Source: an uncultured Chlamydiae bacterium
GTDB taxonomy: Bacteria > Chlamydiota > Chlamydiia > Chlamydiales > Parachlamydiaceae
DNA length: 64,000 nucleotides
Direction: 5' to 3'
Assembly: GCA_963754655.1 (NCBI GenBank)
Contig: CAVWGN010000001.1
Span: 1,760,001 to 1,824,000, forward strand
How positions within the stretch are numbered: the first letter of the stretch is position 1; each line of letters begins with the position of its first letter. The notes beneath the pieces were generated by a model. The model did not search any database and had not been told where the DNA came from. It saw nothing but the letters and a program-made list of their open reading frames with translations. Below are positions 9,549 through 20,900 of this stretch, piece by piece. The position numbers were made by a program, and so were the translations under genes.

Positions 9549-11405
9549 TTAGATTTGCAAATTGAAAAACCCAGCCATTTTGCTGAAAACGGTAGCCAAG
9601 ACAACCGTTAGATCCTTTTTAAAATTTTCATCTACATATTCAAAAGCCATGCCATCCTGATTAACGGCGGCCAAGACAATCTCTCGATCTTTTTTAAGGC
9701 TTTCATCTGCATATCGAAGAGCCTTGCCATTTTGCTTAACGGCAGCCAAAACAATGTCTCGATCTGTTTTAAAACTTTCATTTACATATTTAAGAACTCG
9801 ACCATCTTGCTGAACAGCAGCTAGCACAATTTCTCGATCTTTTGTAAGGCTTTCATCTACATATTGAAGAGTCCTGCCATTTTGCTTAACGGCAGCCAAG
9901 ACAATCTCTCGATTTTTTTTAAAATTTTCATCTGCATATTGAAGAGACTCCCCATCTTCTTGAACGGCGGTCAAGACAATCTCTTGATCTTTTTTAAGGC
10001 TTTCATTTGCATATTCAAGGGTCCAGCCATTTTGCTGAACAGCAGTCAAGACAATCTCTCTATCTTTTTTAAGGCTTTTGTCTGCAAATAGAAGAGCCTC
10101 GGCATTTTTCTGAACGGCAGCTAAAACAATCTCTCGATCTTGTTTAAAGCTTTTATCTGCATAGACAAGAGCTGTGCCAGTTTCCTTAACGGCAGCTAAG
10201 ACAATCTCTCGATCTTTTTTAAGGCTTTCATTTGCATATTGAAGAGCACTGCCATTTTGCTTAACGGCAGCCCAGACAATCTCTCGATCTTTTCTAAAAC
10301 TTTCATCTGCGTATTGAAGCACCGATCCTCTTAGCTGAACACAAGCCAAGACAATCTCTCGATCTTTTTTACAGCTTTCATTTGCATATTGAAGAGCGCT
10401 GCCATCTTCCTGAACAGCAACTAAGACAATCTCTCGATCTTTTTTAAGGCTTTCATCTGCATATTCAAGAGCCAAGCCATCTTGCTGAACGGCAGCCAAA
10501 ACAATGTCTCGATCTTTTTTAAAGTTTTCATCTGCATATTGAAGAACCTGGCCATCTTGCTGAATAGCAGTCAAGACAATCTCTCGATCTTTTTTAAAGC
10601 TTTCATCTGCAACTATAAAAGCTTTGCCATCTTTCTGAACGGTAGCCAGGATAAACTCTCGATCTTTTTTAAGGCTTTCATCTATATCAAAAACAGAACG
10701 TCCAAAACAGCGAGCAACTTGCATAATTTTTTGTTTATCATTAAAATTGGGAAATTTTTTAAAGGTAGAAATGACTGATTCGTTTGCTAGCTGCCATATT
10801 GGATTGTTTCGGCCACCCAGGTAAAGTTTTGCGATAAAATCATTTTTGATCAATATTAGCCTTTGATCGTCAGTGCCCCATACAAGAGAGTTTAAAATAG
10901 ACAATTGTTCTTCGGCCACTCGCCCGATATTCTTATTGGCGCTGATTTTGCAACCTTGAGGGTCCCATACATAATGATTTAAAAGAGAAAGAAATAAACT
11001 GTTAGCGCAAAATAAAGGTGATTGAACCATTAACAATTTTCTAAAACTTTCTCCGAAGGAACCGTGTTGGGCTCGATCGATCAACTTAAGTTCCTGCGAG
11101 GTAAAATCCTTCTTTTGTTCAGTTGCAAGACATTCTGGAGGAGTATTAATAGAGGATTGAGGACTCTTTTTCAACTGAAAAAGAGTCTGCGCCAAGGAGA
11201 TACAAGGATTCTTCTCAACAACTCTTTTCCATCTTGTACAAGTAAGTAAAACAGAAAAAATATCACTTAAAAGTGGCATTTTTTGATTGACAACCCGATC
11301 AAAAAAAATTTCCAATACCTCATCAGGAAGGATATTGTTTAAGCAAACTTCATTTAAATTGGTTTGCATTTCTTGTAAATTAACGAGCGTAAGTTGCATA
11401 AACAT
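9549..11405 (-). CDS. F-box-like + DUF4116-like 25-aa repeat protein (14 repeats + cap)
   Basis: LPDEVLEIFF...LLTCTRWKRV motif, then DREIVLAAVQQDGxALxYADESLKK repeats. Confidence 0.85.
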   Translation of the reverse strand: MFMQLTLVNLQEMQTNLNEVCLNNILPDEVLEIFFDRVVNQKMPLLSDIFSVLLTCTRWKRVVEKNPCISLAQTLFQLKKSPQSSINTPPECLATEQKKDFTSQELKLIDRAQHGSFGESFRKLLMVQSPLFCANSLFLSLLNHYVWDPQGCKISANKNIGRVAEEQLSILNSLVWGTDDQRLILIKNDFIAKLYLGGRNNPIWQLANESVISTFKKFPNFNDKQKIMQVARCFGRSVFDIDESLKKDREFILATVQKDGKAFIVADESFKKDREIVLTAIQQDGQVLQYADENFKKDRDIVLAAVQQDGLALEYADESLKKDREIVLVAVQEDGSALQYANESCKKDREIVLACVQLRGSVLQYADESFRKDREIVWAAVKQNGSALQYANESLKKDREIVLAAVKETGTALVYADKSFKQDREIVLAAVQKNAEALLFADKSLKKDREIVLTAVQQNGWTLEYANESLKKDQEIVLTAVQEDGESLQYADENFKKNREIVLAAVKQNGRTLQYVDESLTKDREIVLAAVQQDGRVLKYVNESFKTDRDIVLAAVKQNGKALRYADESLKKDREIVLAAVNQDGMAFEYVDENFKKDLTVVLATVFSKMAGFFNLQI

Positions 11406-11500
11406 CTTTTAATTAAATTGATTATTATAGTAATCAAATCTATAAATTTAATTTTTATTGCTAATTTATAAATTTTAATTTTATAAAGTTTAATTTTATA

Positions 11501-11529
11501 ATTCTAAAATTATAAGCCATTTATTGCAA
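11501..11529 (-). promoter_or_regulatory. sigma66/70-type promoter TTGCAA-N17-TAGAAT
   Basis: Position and 17-bp spacing are conserved upstream of most array paralogs. Confidence 0.6.
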
Positions 11530-11641
11530 CTACATTCCTTACAGATAGCTAAATTATCCTTACTATCCTTTTATCCTTTTCTGATAGCCAATAGCCATAG
11601 GTATAATAAAGAATCATCAAATGATTTAAGAAAAACAGGAC

Positions 11642-13498
11642 TCATTTGATTTGAAAATTTAGATCTGCAAATTGAAAAAGCCTGTCGACCTTCCTGATAA
11701 CGGTAGCCAAGACAAATTCTTGATCTTTTTTAAAGCTTTCATCTGCATATTCAAGAGCTCGACCATCTTGCTTAACGGCAGTCAAGACAATGTCTCGATC
11801 TTTTTTAAGACTATCATCTGCATATTGAAGAGCCCAGCCATGTTGCTGAACGACATTCATGACAATATCTCGATCTTTTTTAAGGCTTTCATCTGCAAAT
11901 TTAAGAGCATAGCCATATTGCTTAACGGCAGCCAAGACAATGTGTCGATCTTTTTTAAGACTATCATCTGCAAATTGAAGAGCCGAGCCATGTTGCTGAA
12001 CGACAGTCATGACAATGTCATGATCTTTTTTAAAACTTTTATCTGCAAATTGAAGAGACCCGCCATTTTCCTTAACGGCAGCCAAGACAATCTCTCGATC
12101 TTTTTTAAGGCTTTCATCTGCATATTCAAAAACCAGGCCACTTTGCTGAACAGCAGCTAGGACAATCTCTCGCTCTTTTTTAAATTTTTCATCTGCATAT
12201 TGAAGAGCCAAGCCACTTTGCTGAACAGCAGCTAGGACAATCTCTCGCTCTTTTTTAAAGTTTTCATCTGCAAATTGAAGAGCATAGCCATTTTGCCGAA
12301 CAGCAGCTAGGACCATCTCTCGCTCTTTTTTAAAGTTTTCATCTGCAAATTGAAGAGCATAGCCATTTTGCCGAACAGCAGCTAGGACCATCTCTCGATC
12401 TTTTTTAAGGCTTTCATCTGCATATTTAAGAGCATAGCCATCTTACCGAACAGCAGCCAAGTTAATCTCTCGATCTTTTTTAAAACTTGTATCTGCATAT
12501 TGAAGAGCCAAGCCACTTTGCTGTACGGCAGCCAAGACAATCTCTCGATCTTTTTTAAGGCTTTCATCTGCATATTCAAGAGCATAGCCATGTTTCTGAA
12601 CGGCAGCCAAAACAAACTCTCGATCTTTTTTAAGGCTTTCATCTGCATAGTAAAGAGTATCTCCTCTTTGCTGAACGGCAGCCAAGACAAGGTCTCGGTC
12701 TTTTTTAAGGCTTTCATCTGCATAGTAAAGAGACCCGCCATCTTGTTGAACGGCAACCAAGACAACCTCTCGATCTTTTTTAAGACTTTCATCAAAAAGA
12801 GAATATCCAAAACAGCGAGCAACTTGTATAAAAATTTTTTTATCTTTAAAATTAGAAAATTTTTTAAGCGTGGAGATGACCGAGTGGCTTGCTCGGTACC
12901 ATATGATAGAGTCTCGACCAGCTGCGTAAAGTTTTGCGATAAAATCGTTTTTGATCATCATGAGTCTTTGATCGTCCGTGCCCCATACAAGAGAGTTTAA
13001 AATAGACCATTGCTTTTCAGCCACTTGCCGGATGTTATCATTGGCGCTAGTTTTACAACGTTGCGGATTCCATGAATAGCGATCCAAAAGAGAAAGAAAT
13101 AAACTGTTAGGGCAAAATAAAGGTGATTGAATCATTAACAATTTTTCAAATTTTGCTCCATTGCTGCTGCCGTGATCAATCAATTTAAGTTCTTGAGATG
13201 TAAAAGACTTCTTGTGCTCAGGTGCGATATATTCTCGGAGAGGATGAATAGAAGATTGAGGACTCTTTTTAAGTTGAAAAAGAGTCTGCGCCAAGGAGAT
13301 ACAAGGATTGTTTTCAAGAACTCTTTTCCATCTTGTACAAGTGAATAAAATAGAAGAAATATCACCTAAAAGTAGACTTTCTTGATTAATAACCCGATCA
13401 AAAAAAACTTCTAGTATCTCATCAGGAAGTAGGGTGTTTAAACAAACTTCGTTTGCCATGGTTTGCACGGCTTGTGAATTAATGAACGTAAGTTGCAT
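11642..13498 (-). pseudogene. F-box/DUF4116 paralog with an in-frame nonsense codon
   Basis: ORFs 12443-13498 and 11642-12391 share a frame; TAA at 12443-12445 replaces the consensus CAA. Confidence 0.85.
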
Positions 13499-13563
13499 AA
13501 TATCCTTTAATTAAATTTATACGTTTTATTTTTATTATTCATTTTATAATATTCAATTTTATT

Positions 13564-13592
13564 ATCTTACAAACATAGCATCTTGATTGCAA
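13564..13592 (-). promoter_or_regulatory. sigma66/70-type promoter TTGCAA-N17-TAAGAT
   Basis: Motif conserved across paralogs. Confidence 0.6.
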
Positions 13593-13630
13593 CTATTTTT
13601 TGATATAGATAAAAACATTAATAATATGAT

Positions 13631-13675
13631 TTTTTGATTTTATCCAGTTACCTGCTAATTGGATAAAATCAAAAA
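13631..13675. terminator. possible bidirectional terminator hairpin
   Basis: TTTTTGATTTTATCCA...TGGATAAAATCAAAAA inverted repeat downstream of gene 13946-15637; AT-rich stem. Confidence 0.4.
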
Positions 13676-13945
13676 GCGATGCAAAGAACATCTGGCATAA
13701 CTGAAATTTTAGTACATCATGGCTTCATTTAAGAAGAGAGAAAAGTTGCAGACATACAGCAACTAATAAAATTAAAGCCAATAGGATTAGCATAAAAATG
13801 ACTTGATTTTAGTATTTACTCTAAATATTATTTTTTTAGTAAAAATTACCCTGCCTCCCATCCCTCGAGTTTTATATTCCGAGTTTGGGATGAAGAATGA
13901 CACACCAAATGATTTAAGAAAACACGACTCATTTGATTTGAAAAT

Positions 13946-15637
13946 TTAGATCTGCAAATTGAAAAGCCCCTTCCTCTTACTGGAAGCGATAGCCAAGACA
14001 ATCTCTTGATCTTTTCTAAGGCTTTTATGTGCATATTGAAGAGCCAAGCCATCTTGCTGAACGGCAGCCAAGACAATCTCTCGATCTTTTCTAAAGTTTA
14101 GAGCATATTCAAGAGCTTTGCCATTTTGCTGAACAGCAGCCAAGACAATCTGTCGATCTTTTGTAAGGCTATCATCTGTGAATCTAAAAGCTTTGCCATC
14201 TTGCTGAACGGCAGCTAAGACAATTTGTCGATCTTTTTTAAGGCTTTTATCTGCATATTTAAGAGCCCGGCCATTTTTCTGAACGGCAGCCAAGACAAAC
14301 TCTCGATCTTTTTTAAGGCTATCATCTGCGAATCTAAAAGCTTTGCCATCTTGCTGAACGGCAGCCAAGACAATCTGTCGATCTTTTTTAAAGCTTTCAT
14401 CTGCATATTCACGAGCATCGGCAGTTCGTTTAACGGCTGCTAAGACAATCTCTCGATTTTTTTTAAGGCTTACATCTGCATATTTAAGAGCCCAACCATT
14501 TTGCTGAACGGCAGTCAAGACAATTTCTTGATCTTTTTTAAAGCTTTTATCTACATATTCAAGAGCACAGCCTCTTTGCTGAACGGCAGCCAAGACAAAT
14601 TCTCGATTCTTTCGAAGGCTTTCATCTGCATATTGAAGAGCATCAGCTCTTTGCTGAACGGCAGCCAAGACAATGTCTTGATCTTTTTTAAAGCTTTCAT
14701 CTGCATATTGAAGAGCCCAGCCATATTGCTTAACGGCAGTCAAGATAATCCCTCGATCTTTTTTAAGGCTTTCATCTGCATATTTAAGAGCATCAGCTCT
14801 TTGCTGAACGGCCGCTAAGACAATTTCTCGATCTTTTTTAAGAGTTTCATCTGCATATTCAAGAGCCCAGCCATGTTGCTTAACGGCAGCCAAGACAATC
14901 TCTCGATCTTTTTTAAAGCTTTCATCTATATCAAAAACAGAAGCTCCAAAACAGCGAGCAACTTGAATAAAAAATTTTTTATCGTTAAGATTGCGAAATT
15001 TTTTAAGCATGAAGATGATCGAATCTATTGTCCGGTCCCATATGTCATAGTCGCTACCACCCACGTAAAGTTTTGCGATAAAATCATTTTTGATCATCAT
15101 GAGTCTTTGATCATCAGTGCCCCATACAAAAGAATTTAAAATAGACAATTGCCCTTTGGCCACTTGTCCGATATTCTTATTGGCGCTAGTTTTGCAATCT
15201 TGAAGATCCCATCGATAGTGATTCAAAAGAGAAAGAAATAAACTGTCAGCGCAAAATAAAGATGATTGAATCATTAACAATTTTTCAAAACTTTTTCCAT
15301 AACTGCTGGCTCGATCAATCAACCTAAGTTCTTGAAATGTAAAAGACTTCTTTTGTTCAGTTGCGAGACATTCTTGGAGAGGATTAGTAGAGGATTGAGG
15401 ACTCTTTTTCAACTTAAAAAGAGCCTGCGCTAAGGAGATGCAAGGATTCTTTTCAAAAACTCTTTTCCATCTTGTACAAGTAAGTAAAATAGAAGAAATA
15501 TCACTTAAAAGTGGGCTTTCTTGATTGACAATCCGATCAAAAAAAATTTCTAATATCTCATCAGGAATTAAAGTGTTTAAGCAAACTTCGTTTGAAATGG
15601 CTTGCATTGCTTGTGAATTAACGAGCGTAAGTTGCAT
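13946..15637 (-). CDS. F-box-like + DUF4116-like repeat protein (KRTADA / ASSKR subclass)
   Basis: IPDEILEIFF...TCTRWKRV followed by repeats; ends IASSKRKGLFNLQI. Confidence 0.85.
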   Translation of the reverse strand: MQLTLVNSQAMQAISNEVCLNTLIPDEILEIFFDRIVNQESPLLSDISSILLTCTRWKRVFEKNPCISLAQALFKLKKSPQSSTNPLQECLATEQKKSFTFQELRLIDRASSYGKSFEKLLMIQSSLFCADSLFLSLLNHYRWDLQDCKTSANKNIGQVAKGQLSILNSFVWGTDDQRLMMIKNDFIAKLYVGGSDYDIWDRTIDSIIFMLKKFRNLNDKKFFIQVARCFGASVFDIDESFKKDREIVLAAVKQHGWALEYADETLKKDREIVLAAVQQRADALKYADESLKKDRGIILTAVKQYGWALQYADESFKKDQDIVLAAVQQRADALQYADESLRKNREFVLAAVQQRGCALEYVDKSFKKDQEIVLTAVQQNGWALKYADVSLKKNREIVLAAVKRTADAREYADESFKKDRQIVLAAVQQDGKAFRFADDSLKKDREFVLAAVQKNGRALKYADKSLKKDRQIVLAAVQQDGKAFRFTDDSLTKDRQIVLAAVQQNGKALEYALNFRKDREIVLAAVQQDGLALQYAHKSLRKDQEIVLAIASSKRKGLFNLQI

Positions 15638-15699
15638 AAATATCCTTCGACTAACTTTATGTTTTAATTTATTGATAATTTTATAATATTTGATTTACA

Positions 15700-15728
15700 A
15701 TTTTACAAATATAACATCTTGATTGCAA
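15700..15728 (-). promoter_or_regulatory. sigma66/70-type promoter TTGCAA-N17-TAAAAT
   Basis: Motif conserved across paralogs. Confidence 0.6.
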
Positions 15729-16081
15729 ATATTTTCTTTTTAATATAGAGGAAAGCTTTGACGACCTAATTTTTAATTTTATCAAATTGCCTGTCAATTA
15801 GACAAATCAAAAAAAGTGGTGTCAAAAAACCTGTTGCGTAATTTAAATTATTAAGACATAATGGGCTTATTTTAAGAGGAAAAAAGATGCAGAAATTCAG
15901 AAAAATAAAAAATTAATGCCCCTAAATTAATACCCCTCACTTTAATAAGTGACATAAAATTTTTTAATACGATTGTCAATCCAAGCTTTTAAAGGTAAAT
16001 CGTGTGTTTCTTGAGCCTTTATCTTTTGTCCCTTTTTTCTTACTGTCCACATCATCCCTTAACATTAAATATTTTTAGAAA

Positions 16082-18949
16082 ATGATTACAGAGATTCAAA
16101 ATAATTTTATTAATTTAGATTATCTTTATACATCTTTAGTAAAAAACCCTCCTGATCAAAATAAATTGGAGGAGAGAATTGATAGAATTAGAAGAGTTTT
16201 ATTTCAACTTAAATCTGCTCTTTCTCCTTTTACAATGGCTTTTGCAAAGGAATGGGCTCCTATTTTGGAGGGGTTAAGTGGGCGCATCGAGACATTCAAG
16301 GCAGGAAATCATAAGGTTACGCAATTAATAGATGAGATTTTTAATCTAAAGGTTGAGATAGACAGGGCGCCTTTGCAAGAAAATCAGACTATCTATCGAT
16401 CAAAAATTGATTTTAAATGGATGATATTTCTCGATATGGATTTTCCTGATGACAGCGGCAGTCTTTGCAGAAGTATTGCCTATTACTTCGATCGGAAAGT
16501 CCCTTTGATTACCACCCGCTCTATCTTGAGTGCTCATCATATTGATGATGAGAAGACGAGAATAGCCATTCGGAAAGAGTTAGAAGCAGCAGTATTTAGA
16601 GCTCATAGCGAATGGACCATCTATCAGCAATATGATCCTAAATACGGCAATGAGCTAATTGTCTTTTTACCCAAAAGATTTAATCAAGAGAATCTTGAAT
16701 CTTTCGATCTTGCTGCTGACGGATCTTTAACAATCATTTCTGCTTTAGAAGCTTTTCAAGAACCTGAAAGAAAAGCCTCTATAGAAGCCTTTTACAATCT
16801 TTTTTCAACAAGCCCTAAACTGAACGCAGTGGCTTTTTGGGAAGGGCATGGATTGCCTAATCGCGTAGGGGGATTATTTGCGCACAACGTTTTAAATACT
16901 CTGGATTTTTTTAAAAGGCAAAAATTTAAAGGTGTAGTTGTTAGTTCTTGCTATTTTGGCGGGGAATCCTCTTTGATTCCTTTATCTAAAAGAGAGCCGG
17001 TTTTTGCATTTAATCAAAATCGACTTGACATGCGTTCTTTTCCAATCATTATGCGATCCATTGGGGATTTTGAGGTATATGGGGGACAAGCAGCCGAAAA
17101 AAACATCGATCTGTTTCTAGATGAATTTGCGATTTTTTTAGAGAACGAGGATCAGACTCTTTCAAAATTGCGCCATGTCTTTAACCGATTAGAAAAAGGA
17201 TTCGAAACAAAACATCCTTTTAACTTGGCTAAAGTGAACTTTATCCACACGAGTCATAGCGCGGAAGGGTTTAGGCCAATAGGAGAATCCAATCAGGGGG
17301 AATCTTTGACTTATGTTGCCGCCAAGAGAAACCAGCTTTTTGCCTCTCTATTGTCAATCAATAAAACATATCTCCACCTTCACCCTCAGGTCGTTTCTGC
17401 TTCTATAGAATGGAATAGCTTAGATTGTATTTTGCATTCAATGATTCCGGGAAATGGCCGACATTTGCTGCGCTCGCTGAAACTTTCTTCGATCTCAGCG
17501 GAAGATTTTATCAAAAAAATGCGTGTGGCTTATGATGATTTTGATCATCTTAAACTAGCTTGCAAGGGATTTTTCATTGGATCTCTTCAATCAAAAATTG
17601 ATTGGGACAATAATTTGAGCGAAGTTATTATTTATACTTTTCCATTTAGTAAAACGAGATGTATCTATCGAAAAAAAGAAAAGTATTATCTGACAGACGG
17701 AGAAACGACTTGCCCTCTGACTCCCTTTCAACATGCTCTCTATGTTAAAGAGGTGGAAAGAAGAACGCGGCCTAAAGCAGAAGCTCTTCGCCTATCCACA
17801 GGAGGGCAAGAGGAGATAGAGGACTTTGAAGATGCATTAAGAAGTCTAACCTTTTATCTTGAGGAATCCCAGTCTTTAAAATGCTTGCTTGATTTTGAAA
17901 CGACGACTAAAACACCCCAGAGTCTTAAGAAATGGGTGGATGCCTATCCCCTGGCAGTGGATGACAAAGTCCAGCTGGTTTTGGCATTAGAAGAAATGAA
18001 GTTCTTCGATCTTTCTCTTCAACTTTATCAAGAAATGCACTTCGATGGGAATGCAAAAAATTTCAGTCGCATTCCCTTTATCATTTTGGCATCCATGAAT
18101 GAAAATCTTCCCTTAGTAAAAGAGTTGATCAAGCAAAAAGTGAATATTAATGTCATGAATGCTTTAGATGACTTAAACTCGCCTATGCATTATGCCTGTT
18201 TATCCAAAAATCCTGATCTTTTGGATGCTCTCCTTGATAGCGAAGAAATTGACTGGAAATTAAAAAATTTTGATCCAACAAATAAAAAAGGCCGCGGCTG
18301 GACTGCACTTTCTTTCACTTTACCCGATAAAATTCCTTTTTTGGTTAAAATCCTCGAGAAGAAGGGATGCGAATTGCTTGCTGATCCATTGGGACAGTGC
18401 TTAAAAGAAGTGGTATCCTACTATTCGTTAGAAAAATTAAAGGTTTTGCTAACTATACTAAAAGCTGCAAAAATCGTAAATGGCGATTTTCTCAAGAGTG
18501 TTTTCCAGCACAATAATTGGAATCTATTTAAGATATTGACGGATAAAGTTGAAGTTGTGACTGAAGGCAAAGAAGAAAATCAAATTCTTTCTTTCGGAAT
18601 AAGATATGCAGCCCTTTATAGTTCAGCAAAAGTTTTTAAAGAGCTATTGGCTAAATATAAAAATGATCTGAGGGTTGATGAAGGTTTAAAATATGCGTTC
18701 TTTTCAGGAAGCCGGGAAAAAATTGAAGCGATCAAAGGCTGGCAAATTCATTTTAACAAGGAAGATCACCCTTTATTAGATCTTCTTTTTTCACGTTATG
18801 AAGCATTGGAGGACTTTGAGCAAATAAAGGCTTTGCGTCATTGGAACACAGTTCCATCGCCGGTTCTCGAGAAGTTTATAGTTGACAGGTATAGTCTTCG
18901 CCGCTTGGTTTTATCCAGAAGTGATCATTTAGCTTCTGTTCCACTCTAA
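16082..18949 (+). CDS. large putative effector: caspase-fold-like HG...SC segment plus C-terminal ankyrin repeats
   Basis: AFWEGHG...VVVSSCYFGG; ankyrin-like LVKELIKQKVNIN, SPMHYAC and GWTAL. Confidence 0.7.
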   Translation: MITEIQNNFINLDYLYTSLVKNPPDQNKLEERIDRIRRVLFQLKSALSPFTMAFAKEWAPILEGLSGRIETFKAGNHKVTQLIDEIFNLKVEIDRAPLQENQTIYRSKIDFKWMIFLDMDFPDDSGSLCRSIAYYFDRKVPLITTRSILSAHHIDDEKTRIAIRKELEAAVFRAHSEWTIYQQYDPKYGNELIVFLPKRFNQENLESFDLAADGSLTIISALEAFQEPERKASIEAFYNLFSTSPKLNAVAFWEGHGLPNRVGGLFAHNVLNTLDFFKRQKFKGVVVSSCYFGGESSLIPLSKREPVFAFNQNRLDMRSFPIIMRSIGDFEVYGGQAAEKNIDLFLDEFAIFLENEDQTLSKLRHVFNRLEKGFETKHPFNLAKVNFIHTSHSAEGFRPIGESNQGESLTYVAAKRNQLFASLLSINKTYLHLHPQVVSASIEWNSLDCILHSMIPGNGRHLLRSLKLSSISAEDFIKKMRVAYDDFDHLKLACKGFFIGSLQSKIDWDNNLSEVIIYTFPFSKTRCIYRKKEKYYLTDGETTCPLTPFQHALYVKEVERRTRPKAEALRLSTGGQEEIEDFEDALRSLTFYLEESQSLKCLLDFETTTKTPQSLKKWVDAYPLAVDDKVQLVLALEEMKFFDLSLQLYQEMHFDGNAKNFSRIPFIILASMNENLPLVKELIKQKVNINVMNALDDLNSPMHYACLSKNPDLLDALLDSEEIDWKLKNFDPTNKKGRGWTALSFTLPDKIPFLVKILEKKGCELLADPLGQCLKEVVSYYSLEKLKVLLTILKAAKIVNGDFLKSVFQHNNWNLFKILTDKVEVVTEGKEENQILSFGIRYAALYSSAKVFKELLAKYKNDLRVDEGLKYAFFSGSREKIEAIKGWQIHFNKEDHPLLDLLFSRYEALEDFEQIKALRHWNTVPSPVLEKFIVDRYSLRRLVLSRSDHLASVPL

Positions 18950-19052
18950 TACGATTTCTTCGAGGGATTTATTTTTTTTCGATTACTAAGAAATAGGAGA
19001 AGAATGACAAACCAAATGATTTAAGAAAACAGGACTTATTTGATTTGAAAAT

Positions 19053-20900
19053 TTAGATCTGCAAATTGAAAATCCCAGCCATCTTGCTGAAAATAGCCAA
19101 GACAAACTCCGGATCTTTTTTAAAGCTTTCGTCTGCAAACTGAAGAGCGCTGCCGTTTTGCTGAACGGCAGCCAAGACAATCTCTCGATCTTTTGTAAAG
19201 CTTGTATATACATATTCAAGAAACAAGCCATCTTGCTTAACGGCAGCCAAAACAATCTCTCGGTCTTTTTTAAAGCTTTCATCTGCATATTTAAGAGTCC
19301 AGCCCCTGTGCTGAACAACAGCTAAGACAAACTCTCGATCTTTTTTAAAGCTTTCATCTGCATATTGAAGAACTCTGCTATCTTGCTTAACAGCGGCCAA
19401 AACGATCTCTCGATCTTTTTTAAGGCTTTCATCTGCATAGTAAAGAGCATCGCCATTTTGATGAATGGCAGCCAAGACCATCGCTCGGTCTTTTTTAAAG
19501 CTTTCATCTGCATATAGAAGAGCACAACCCCTGTTCTGAACAGCAGCTAAGACAAACTCTCGATCTTTTTTAAAGCTTTCATCTGCATATTGAAGAGCCA
19601 TGCCACTTTGCTGAACAGCAATCAAGACAATCTCTTGATCTTTTTTAAAGCTTTCATCTGCAAATTCAATAGCGTCGACATTTTTCTGAATGGCAATCAA
19701 GACAATTTCTCGATCTTTTTTAAGGCTTTCATCTGCAAATTGAAGAGCCCAGCCACTTTGCTGAACGGCAATCAAGACAATCTCTCGATCTTTTTTAAAG
19801 CTTTCATCTGCATATTGAAGAACCAAACCATTTTGCTTAACGGTAGCCAAAATAAACTCTTGATCTTTTTTAAAGCTTTCATCCGCATGTTCAATAGCAA
19901 TGCCAATTTGTAGAACAGCAGCCAAGGCAATCTCTCGATCTTTTTTAAGATTTTCATCTGCATGTTGAAGAGCTAAGCCATCTTGCTTAACGGCAGCCAA
20001 GACAATCTCTCGATCTTTTTTAAGAACTTCATCTGCATATTTAAGAGCCCAGCCCCTGTGCTGAACAGCAGCTAAGACAATCTCTCGATCTTTTTTAAGG
20101 CTTTCATCTGCATAGAAAAGAGCTCCTGCCGTTTGCTGAACGGTCGCCAAGACAATCTCTCGATCTTTTTTAAAGCTTGCATCTATATCAAAAACACAAT
20201 GTCCAAAATAGCGAGCAACTTCCATAAGTTTTTTTTTATCGTTAAAATTGGGAAATTTTTTAAGTGTGGAGATCACTGATTCTTTTGCCAACTGCCTTAT
20301 TGGATTTGTTTGACCAGCCAGGTAAAGTTTTGCGATAAAATCATTGTTGATCACCATTAATCTTTGTTCGTCAGTGCCCCATGCAAGAGAGTTTAAAATA
20401 GACAATTGCTCTTCAGCTACTTGTCTGATGTTTTGATTGGCGCTATTTTTGCAATTTTGAAGATCCCATGGATAGCGATCCAAAAGAGAAAGAAATAAAC
20501 TATTAGCACAAAATAATTGTGATTTAACCATTAAGAATTTTTTAAAAATCTCTTCGTAGTTGCTTTGTTGGGCTCGATCGAGCAATTTAATTTCTTGAGA
20601 TGTAAACTCCTTCTTTTGTTTAGTTGCGATGCGTTCTTCAGGAAAATTAATAGGGAAGTGAGAACTCTCTTTAAGTTGAAAAAGAGTCTGGGCCAAGGAG
20701 ATGCAAGAATTTTTTTCAAAAACTCTTTTCCATCTTGTACAAGTAAGTAAAATAGAAGAAATATCACCCAAAAATGGTCTTTTTTGATTGACAACTCGAT
20801 CGAAAAAAATTTCTAACACTTCATCAGGAAGTAAATTGTTTATGTAAACTTCGTGCGGAGTCCTTTGCATGGCTTGTGAATTAACGATCGTGAGTTGCAT
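19053..20900 (-). CDS. F-box-like + DUF4116-like repeat protein
   Basis: Paralog-consensus start MQLTIVNSQ at 20900; the ORF-track extension to 21071 is not conserved. Confidence 0.85.
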   Translation of the reverse strand: MQLTIVNSQAMQRTPHEVYINNLLPDEVLEIFFDRVVNQKRPFLGDISSILLTCTRWKRVFEKNSCISLAQTLFQLKESSHFPINFPEERIATKQKKEFTSQEIKLLDRAQQSNYEEIFKKFLMVKSQLFCANSLFLSLLDRYPWDLQNCKNSANQNIRQVAEEQLSILNSLAWGTDEQRLMVINNDFIAKLYLAGQTNPIRQLAKESVISTLKKFPNFNDKKKLMEVARYFGHCVFDIDASFKKDREIVLATVQQTAGALFYADESLKKDREIVLAAVQHRGWALKYADEVLKKDREIVLAAVKQDGLALQHADENLKKDREIALAAVLQIGIAIEHADESFKKDQEFILATVKQNGLVLQYADESFKKDREIVLIAVQQSGWALQFADESLKKDREIVLIAIQKNVDAIEFADESFKKDQEIVLIAVQQSGMALQYADESFKKDREFVLAAVQNRGCALLYADESFKKDRAMVLAAIHQNGDALYYADESLKKDREIVLAAVKQDSRVLQYADESFKKDREFVLAVVQHRGWTLKYADESFKKDREIVLAAVKQDGLFLEYVYTSFTKDREIVLAAVQQNGSALQFADESFKKDPEFVLAIFSKMAGIFNLQI

